Assembly: GCA_964016885.1 (NCBI GenBank)
Contig: OZ024743.1
Location: 7,874,001-7,938,000, forward strand
Reading direction: 5' to 3'
Source of the DNA: Eledone cirrhosa
Taxonomy: Eukaryota
DNA: 64,000 bases
This document shows, piece after piece, positions 53,864 through 64,000 of this stretch (position 1 is the first letter of the stretch; each line of letters begins with the position of its first letter). The translations under genes were made by a program, and so were the position numbers. The notes beneath the pieces were generated by a model. It had not been told where the DNA came from, did not search any database, and was given only the letters and a program-made list of their open reading frames with translations.

Positions 53864-56800
53864 TAATCTACCAAACCCAACACTAATAATAACAATAATA
53901 ATAATAATAATAATAATAATATTGCCTTTGTAGTTCTTTTGTATTTTGCGTGAATATTTATTTACTAATGAATTTTATGCAAAGTCATTCTACGTCACGC
54001 TAATTTGAAGTATTTACGCTCTCCTTTATATTTCCTATTGATCGAGAATCTTTTCATCTTGAGTAATATAAAAGTCCAAAGACAATAGAATATTAGCTAA
54101 ATGGGATCGAACTTAATGAGTTGTACCTGGAGGAGTGCCAACAAAATAATACAGATTAATATAAAGATTTATTAAAGCACTTATAATGATGGACTCTCAC
54201 GTCGAGAACAACGTATGAACGTCCAGTTGTTCTATCACTTGAATGACATACTCATTGAGCGTGTGGCGTGGCTGAGTATTCCACAGACACGTGTATGCTT
54301 ATGGCAATTCTCAAATAGAATGGGCGTTAAATTTCAGGCACAGTCATCCGAAGAATTTCCCATCTACACAATTTCCCTTACAAGGCTTTGATAAAAGATA
54401 TTTACCTACGATACTATGCACTGGTATCGAACCTGAAACCTCATGAGTACAAAGTAAACATCATACCCACCTCACCATGCTTACTCTGTATATATTATAT
54501 ATTTATATTATATGTCAAAACCATTTTTTATGAATGTAAAATTCCTAGAAAAATCACTTCGCTATTTTTCATCGTTCTGAAAAAGATATTAAGGAAGTTA
54601 AGTGGGTAAAATTTTGAATATTTTCGCATAACAATGCTCTTTATGAAATATGATACGTTGCTTGTTTTTCTCCGTGTGAAGTCTACTTCAACTATTGAAA
54701 TAGCAGCCGATTTAGTCAGTTGTTATTCTGAGAAGTCTATGATAGTCTGCCACTTTTATAGTCTCGATCAATTTTAATGTCAAAGTTCAGTTTTGCATAT
54801 ATTTCATTTATTGATATTTCTTGATACATTTTTCTGTGCGCCCCCCTTAATTCTTCTTCTTTCGCCCCGTAACTCCTGGTGGAGTTGTAAGGGCGCCGTA
54901 GGTTTAAAATGCCTTTCATGGTCATTTTGAGTCTGGCAGAGTTTATTCCTCTCCGGGCCTGAGTTCAGTAGATTTCTTCCAGAGAAGGATAGAAAGAGAC
55001 AAAGAGGAGAAGATATAGATGAAGAATCGACCCTAGTACTAGACTGGCACTTTTTACCGACCTCGAAAATATGAAAAGCAAAGTTAACCTCAGCAGGCTT
55101 TGAACTCAGAGAGCAGAGAACCGGAACAATTATCCCAAAGCACTCTATCTGACGTTCTAATGACTCTGCCAATTCACTGCAATTAATTCTTACTTCACAG
55201 AATGGCATTTAACCAGTTCTTCTAATTGATATGTTTATTTTAATTTTCTCGATATTCTATTCTTTGATGTTAGCACATTTCTTTTTTCGAAATCTTTTAT
55301 TAAATGCAATTTAGTTAGTAATGTATTACTTAATTCTTTTTTCTGGTTATGTACGTAATTTTTATTTCGTGTTTGCTTTACTTATGAAACTTCAAGATGA
55401 ATTTCATCTATTTCTGTTTAAACATTTCAGCATTTCAGTCTATAAAGTCCCAACAATTGTGATTAATAATTTCTCCAGCATGCAGTAATTAAAAGCATTA
55501 ATTTTAGCAATCATTTATCTCTTAAGCTTTATAAACCCCTCAGTATTTACGAAATACAAAATGGAAAACGATGAATTGATTACATATTGAAAGTAAATAT
55601 TCTGACAGCTAATCTGAGTATATGATATCATATAAAGTGATCTTATTTTGTCTCACTGTAAACATTTAATTCAATGTTAAAATGTTTATTTATAGTTTTA
55701 TAAATCTGTTATATCATGTTTCAACTATTATTCCACTGGTCTATTTCATAAACTTGACCTTGTTAATTCAGAAGAGAAGCTTACGATCATATAAATTAAA
55801 CAAGTCATAAAATCATAAAATGAATGAAGCTGGTCTTGTGTCCTTGAGAATGTAGCGTAATTAATTATGTGGAAGACGCACTTAATGATATTACCATAGT
55901 AATATGTGTGGTTTCTGATAAACCAAATTAGAAGGCAAGAGAAATGTGTGTTCTTCTACAATCAAGTAGAACGCAAATATACACTGGAATCCGTTTTGTT
56001 TAGGGGTTTGGGTTATACTATGTTAAGTGGGCAGAGAAAGCTCAACTGTGCTTGAAAATCTCAACTATGTAAATGATTTTATGGAATGTTGACCAGATAT
56101 GATTCTCCCTAGTAGAATATGAGATCTGCGTTTCTGGCGAAGAGAGGAAATAGCGTATGTTCTGTTCAGAGAAATAACTGACAGTAACTGATTTAGCGCA
56201 GAAATTCAACTAAGATGTTTTACTTCAATTAACATCTAAAACTGAGCACATTTAATGATGTCGAATTTTGGACTATTTAATTATTGCGGATGTGTTCTTG
56301 ACTCAACGTTTGGATGAGGTATCATCTTCAGGAGATGATCCTTCCCATGGAGATGGTTACTGACAGAAATATGTTCCAACAACACACTCCAAATGAGAAA
56401 TGAAGTCGTAAAATCAGATCTAATTATGCCAACACCCCCACCCCCCACCCCAAACAAAAACAATAGCATAGTTGATTACAAGTTTTCAACGGCCCAATAA
56501 GTGATTTCTGGCTTTATCTTTGGGAGAATGACAAGAGGGTGGTTTTAACACGGCATAGAACATGGAAATATGATTGAGAATGATATGCACACATGCAAAG
56601 CCTCGGTATGTCGTATGAGACCATGGATCTGTCGCCCATGCATGCAAACCACCCCTCTGATAGCTATGTTGTCCAAAAGGACAGGAAAAGGCTGATAGAG
56701 TTAGGCACTAGTGACGTCAAATATGAACACGAATGCCGAAAAGTGTTACGGCCGACGCTCTAGCAACCAGTTTTGTTATCATTCAAGTGTTCATGACGTG

Positions 56801-57574
56801 TATATATACTTTCTGTATGTTTAGCCCAAACCACACTAACAGATGGCGTATAAGTCTAACAATCAAACGCCAAGTTTTAAAATCCAATGCAAATACCGAC
56901 GGAGAGGAAATTTAATACATTTTCAAACAATAAATCTGCCATCAAAAGTGAAATAATAAAAATAACTAAAAAACGTTCCACACCCCGATGATGAAACTGT
57001 GAAAGTCTAGAAACATTGATTACATTACTGATTTAGGAACCTTGTTGTTTCAAATAAGGTGCAAAGGAAACAAAAATATAAGGAAAATCTGATAAAATTT
57101 GATATAACTCCTTTGTGTTGGTTGACTTCTGTATGTAGTTGTCTGATTAGTTTAAAAAATGAAAATTCACCTACCTAAATGCTTTGATCTAAGTAGTTCC
57201 ATTTCTTCACGTAACTTCATACACCTCTTCATTAAAAAAAATAATCAAACAGCTATATAAAGAAGTCAACCAACACAAAGTAACTATATCTACTCTACAA
57301 CCTAAGCTTCCTCGCCATTCCAAACTACTCGACATGATTAACGTATGCTGTCACAACTAATTTACAGTAGAAAACAAAACACCTCATACACAAGTTCCAA
57401 TGGATTATAAATAAACATTACAACCGCCATAGTTGCCACGACACCAACAGTAACACATCCAGCACCAGCGACCATTATTCTAACTGAAATTATGACAACC
57501 ACAATAGAACAACCAACGAAATTACAAACAAGCCACGTGTAACCGACCTATCTGGCTCGCTAATATCTAGAGAA

Positions 57575-57683
57575 TTGCCCGCAGAGGTTAACTTTGCCTT
57601 TCAACCCTTACGGGGTCGATAAAATGAAGCACCAGTAATGCACTGGTATAATTGCTGGCCTTGTGCCAAAAATAGAAACAATT
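57575..57683 (+). mobile_element. Nin-domain SINE, 5'-truncated
   Basis: gaggttaactttgcctttca..ggggtcgataaaat..ggccttgtgcc. Confidence 0.8.
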
Positions 57684-58720
57684 ATTAAGCTATGGACCTA
57701 AATTCATCGTAGGTCAACGGAGAAGATAAAGCTTGACATAGAGGCCAACTTCTGTAGAATGGTATACCAATTAAAGTGGGTGACAGCTCTAACATCTATG
57801 CCTGCCACTACCGACACAAACCTCAACAACAACACTGCCGTCGCCATCACTGCCATGACTACTACCTCAGTCAGCGCTAACTTCGGTTCTTTCCTCATAT
57901 TTCACCTAGACAACCTACTTCAACCACCACAAAACACGAACATAACGTTAAACTAGCTAGACTTAAGAATTCCACCTCCAAGATCTTGGAGAAGCACTCT
58001 TCAACCTCCTTCAATCTCTCTATGTTTCAGCTCATCACTCTAAGAAAACTAAGTTAAAAAAATAAATGTATCTCCCACCAGACTAAGGGAGAAAATATTG
58101 CGTTTTGAGCAGAATATTTACACACAACTAGCGCTAGAACACTTTAACTCTATATAGTAAGCTTAACAACAACATTACACCTAGCCATCTAGAGACCACC
58201 ATTAACGCCAGCTGTACTAATATCTGTAACGGCCGAAGACTCTCTAGTAGAATAAAACGCATCTTCATCACGAAGACATAAAACAGGACCCAATTCAAGA
58301 TATTGAGTTCACCATAGAGGGGACTGAAAGGAATATGGGAAATTGAAGGCTTAAGGAAGCCATTTTCATCAGTTGAATAAAACCAGAGATAAATAATAGG
58401 TCAGAAATGCGTGAGGCAGACGGGTTACTGTACCAACCCAGCATATGTGCATACGTTTTGCAAACACATAGACCAGTTAGGGAAGAAGACTCTGAAATCT
58501 CTGATTGGTCGTTTGTTTTGACTTGGACTGTTTCAGCTTCACATTAGAAAAGAGAGTAACAACCCTGAAATATCATGCTAAAATACCCCGGGTAAAATAT
58601 TACTTTGATTTGTTTCATTTCTCATCATTTATCCTTCGCATTTTTCTAACGCATTTAAACAAAATTATCGGTATTTTACTATTCACTATATATCTAAATG
58701 CTTCGTATTAACTACACTAC

Positions 58721-58852
<132 letters not shown>

Positions 58853-58887
58853 TATATACATAAATATATACATAAATATATATATAT

Positions 58888-59297
<410 letters not shown>

Positions 59298-61669
59298 GAC
59301 GTGGATTTCACTCACTTTACATCTGACAATTTCAATTCACAAAGTGCTGTGCATCAACCTCCAACTCAAACCAAGCGGCTGCAAAAGCCGCCCCCCCCCC
59401 CACACACACACAGACACACACAAAAAAGAACACTCAACTATTAAACAAAATAAGTACAACGATTACGTTATATCATCAGCAACGGAAGACAATTCATTTA
59501 ATTTTAATGCAACCCTGGGAAACTATCGAAATACTTTAAAAATAACGGAGATAAAATAAAGAACGCTCGTGGGAGTGATATGATTATCGCACTTAAGGAG
59601 AGAAGAAAAAAAAAAGAGGCACAGAAAGTTAGAAAGATTTAGAAATATGAATGACTGAATGGATGGAGGGACGTGTGGGTGATAACATGAGTGTGTGATT
59701 GGATAAGCGAGTGAGTGAATGAATGAAGAATGGAATAAAGCTGTATTACATTTTCCCGTTTAAGACATTTTAAAATCTCTAATTGGTCTTAAGAGCGTGA
59801 CATTTTAGTATTTTATGTTTTTATATATATATAGTTTTTTAGCTGAATCTGCTATTTTTCGTTTATCTCTTGCGAAGTTTAGCTATGCAACAATCAGTAT
59901 GTGTTCTAGCAAAATCGTTTAAATTCGCCTAACACGTTCCCCACACTCTTAAATCAACATTCGTTTTGTAGTGCATTTGTCGTTTAGACACACGAATACT
60001 TGAATTGGGAGTATGATGTTTGTTTATGAAAAGTAAAGAATGTTTATATAATAATGTGTCAATTAGTGTTTTTTATGTCTTAGTCTACTTGATTTGCGGG
60101 CAATTTACAACTCATAAGTGTTAAGTATCTCATGTTAAATTGAAATGCCAAATTTGTATCAGTGGCATATATTTTTAAAGATTCTCTTATTCCTTTGCTC
60201 GAGAAACATTTAACACAAAATCTATTGTAATTATATGAAATATTTCATTCGTTTTTGTTTGTAATGTAACATCGAGAATACAATACAAAGTTCAGTGTGC
60301 TTCAGTTTTATAAGGGTGGGAAAATAGTCAATGTTGGCATTTACCCCCAAAATATCTCCGAAAGAAACGAGACGACCTTGGGTTGATATGAATTTACAAA
60401 CACAACGGTGTACGTCACATCAAAAATGATATACATGTAGATGATAAGGAAAGGTTTAGAATATTAACGGCGTGGGTTAAGAAGTTCACTTAGCTATCTT
60501 GGTGTTCCAACTGCCTGACACATTGAGCAAGTATCTTCAAATAGACCCCCGCATTGATAATATCTTGTAAGTCGAAACTGGTAGCCATAAATAGCCCAGA
60601 AGCTTGTTATCCTGAATATATATATAGAGCAAATGAGGAAAATCCTTGTTACAGTAAGAGAAGAATGACTTCACTGGTGGTTGGTATGCTTTAATAGTTT
60701 AATGCTATAAAACATAGGATTATTAAACCATACCAAGCCATCCTTCTCTTTTTCAAATATATGTATATATTCTTTCATTTATTCTTTCATTTATTCTGTT
60801 ACTATTTTCAATCATCAAACTGCGGCCAGGCTGGGGCACAGCCTTGATAAGTCGATTGTATCGGCCCTAGTTCTTATTGTTTCCAATCAGGTATTCATTT
60901 TATCGCTTCCTTTTGTGTCGAACCGCTAAATTATGGGAATAAACACACACGCACTCACACACACACATACACACACACACACGCACCCCCCACACACATA
61001 TATATATACATACATATACATCTATACATGTGTTTGTTTGAGCATGTGCGTATGGTATGTGTTCGTGTGTGTATGTGTAACAAATAATGTCTCGAAAAAA
61101 TGTGAAGCTCAATGCATTCACAATTGAGGTACACTATAGGTGTTAACAAAATATAAACGAGATATTGTAAAGAATATAAATATAAAAATATATACTAACA
61201 TACGCAACTATTTCAAACAAATGGACTAAAAGGGGAAACTATAAATCTTCCTTCCTAAAAGATATCCGAACATCAGATACAACCATCTATTACACATATC
61301 ACATATATCAATACTACACTCGAGGTGGACATTTTAGGAATTTGTCAACGCCATTCACAGCACAGTGTTACCATCACGTTCGGTGAATAAGAGAAAAGAG
61401 CCAGACTAGTGTAGACATAATATATTAGATCCATCATGTGTTATGTCAGGCCTGCCCAGGTGTCTAATTTCTTCATGAAACACTAAAAACTTCATATCAT
61501 CACAAATTATAAAGACCACACCTATAGAATAATTACACAACGAAACTAAAGTACTCAAACTATCGTTCAGTTGACCGAACAACGCAGCGCTCATACGTCG
61601 TTCCGGACGAGATAATCTACATTGACGACGACAACGATGACGACCCCCCCCCAAAAAAAAAACCCATCG

Positions 61670-63140
61670 TCACCGCCACCTCCACCATATCCCCCCCCAC
61701 TACCACCACCACCACCACCGCCACCACAACCACAGCCATCACCACCACAACCACAACCATCCCCACCACCACGATGACGACGACCACCACCACCACCACC
61801 ACCACCACAACCACAACCATCACCACCACCATCACCTCCACCATCACCATCATCAGCAACACCTCCACCATCACCATCATCATCAACACCACCACCATCA
61901 CCATCATCATCAACACCTCCACCATCACCATCATCAGCAACACCTCCACCATAACCATCATCATCAACACCATCAACATCACCATCATCATCAACACCAC
62001 CACCATCACCATCATCATCAACACCTCCACCATCACCATCATCATCAACACCACCACCATCACCATCATCATCAACACCTCCACCATCACCATCATCAGC
62101 AACACCTCCACCATAACCATCATCATCAACACCATCAACATCACCATCATCATCAACACCACCACCATCACCATCATCATCAACACCATCAACATCACCA
62201 TCATCATCAACACCACCACCATCACCATCATCATCAACACCTCCACCATCACCATCATCAGCAACACCTCCACCATAACCATCATCATCAACACCATCAA
62301 CATCACCATCATCATCAACACCTCCACCATCATCATCATCATCAACACCTCCACCATAACCATCATCATCAACACCATCAACATCATCATCATCATCAAC
62401 ACCACCACCATCACCATCATCATCAACACCACCACCATCACCATCATCATCAACACCACCACCATCACCATCATCATCAACACCTCCACCATCACCATCA
62501 TCATCAACACCTCCACCATCACCATCATCATCAACACCATCAACATCATCATCATCATCAACACCTCCACCATCACCATCATCATCAACACCATCAACAT
62601 CACCATCACCATCAACACCTCCACCATCGCCATCATCATCAACACCTCCACCACCGCCACCTCCACCATCACCATCATCATCATCAACACCTCCACCACC
62701 GCCACCTCCACCATCACTATCATCATCAACACCACCACCATCACCATCATCATCAACACCTCCACCATCACCATCATCATCAACACCTCCACCATCACCA
62801 TCATCATCAACACCATCAACATCATCATCATCATCAACACCTCCACCATAACCATCATCATCAACACCACCAACATCACCATCACCATCACCATCAACAC
62901 CTCCACCATCGCCATCATCATCAACACCTCCACCACCGCCACCTCCACCATCACCATCAACACCTCCACCACCGCCACCTCCACCATCACCATCATTATC
63001 AACACCTCCACCACCGCCACCTCCACCATCACCATCTTCATCAACACCTCCACCACCGCCACCGCCACCTCCACCATCACCATCAACACCACCACCATCA
63101 CCATCAGCACCATCTCCATCAACATCATTATTATCATCAT
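61670..63140. repeat. Cryptic (CAC/CAT)-derived ~27-bp minisatellite
   Basis: Units such as aacacctccaccatcaccatcatcatc. Confidence 0.9.
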
Positions 63141-63619
63141 ATCTCGGTGCCAGAAGCCGTTGGTGCTACCTGGTAATGTTAGTATTCCTTTAACGACACT
63201 GCAGTATGATCTTTCTCTCGGTCTCCCATGTACCTATCATAATAAACCAGGTCTGTCTGTAACCATTCCAAACATACAGCCACTATTTTGTTATACTTCT
63301 AGCTGTGTGTGTGTTTGTTTCACTGAAACAGACCACACAAACGATTTATTTCACTTGGTAGGGATATCTATAGAATATAGAGCGGAAATGAAACTCTCAA
63401 AATGTTCTAAAATGTTCTAAAATGTAACTATAATCCCACATATTAAGTATCTACTCTACCTAGGAATTCTTGTTTAAATCTTTTTCTTTAGTACCACCGT
63501 ATTCGTAGACACACTTACAAGCAGAATACTAAGTAGTGCACTGGAATGAAAAGCAAAGCATAGATGAACTGAGAGAGGGGGTGGATAAAAGAGGAACTAG
63601 ATGTAGTGAGCCAGTTTGA

Positions 63620-63870
63620 AGGCTGCGCTAGTAAGGCCACATAATGCATATAGACGATAAGTGTTGGATGACGAAGTCCTAAGAAATCCCGGTGGAAGGG
63701 GACTGCAGTAGTAGGATACAAGGAAGATCAGGGCAGAGGTTGTCACAGCTGATCTCAAGCCCCCGAATCTCACAGAAGAGATGACGAAGGATCGAGATGA
63801 TTGGAGAGATACTGTGCTAAAAAAAACCCGTCCAACCCATGCAAGCACGGAAGCGGTGATGATGACGATT
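63620..63870 (+). mobile_element. RTE-like LINE 3' end
   Basis: ..EMTKDRDDWRD.. then ccaacccatgcaagcacggaa and (gat)n; the same terminus appears reversed at 37192-37244. Confidence 0.6.
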
Positions 63871-64000
63871 GTATCTCGTTTTGCCTTGTTTTTGTTCGTT
63901 ATCTTGTCTTCTTTTTGTTAATTTTTCTAAGTTTATTATTTCTAATCTGTGACGTACGTGTTCTCTCTTCTTTTCCCAATAATTTCAATAATTTACATTT

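Noticed and set aside
56985-57025. ATGATGA-aact..agt-ctaGAAAC hammerhead-like string
   Set aside because: Core C is missing and stems I and III do not pair.
58360-58376. CTGATGA on the minus strand
   Set aside because: No downstream stem II and GAAA; expected by chance.
61617-63420. 507-aa and 548-aa ORFs (poly M/V and T/I)
   Set aside because: A triplet-based minisatellite lacking stop codons on both strands; no coding complexity or splice context.

Overview
AT-rich, microsatellite-saturated metazoan genomic DNA. The SINE types and repeat landscape are consistent with a cephalopod such as Octopus (inference). The window is probably mostly intronic, with only a few candidate exons; almost all listed ORFs are microsatellite artefacts. 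Recognisable transposons are Nin-domain tRNA SINEs, RTE, CR1 and Tx1/L1 LINE fragments, a hAT fossil, a Tc1/mariner fragment, piggyBac and Tigger-like MITEs, a Helitron, and a U2 snRNA pseudogene. The main signal is about 20 short inserts sitting in or beside (TA)n tracts. They belong to many sequence-unrelated families but share one architecture: a type I (often minimal) hammerhead ribozyme, frequently duplicated as a fold-back palindrome, followed by a covarying bulged hairpin RCTC-stem-loop-stem-NN-GAGY about 30-65 nt before the 3' (TA)n junction. The hammerheads and inversions fit Penelope-like retroelement pLTR or retrozyme remnants. I do not recognise the shared bulged hairpin as a described motif, and it is the best candidate for a new cis-acting RNA element. 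All structures were read by eye; no folding or database search was run.
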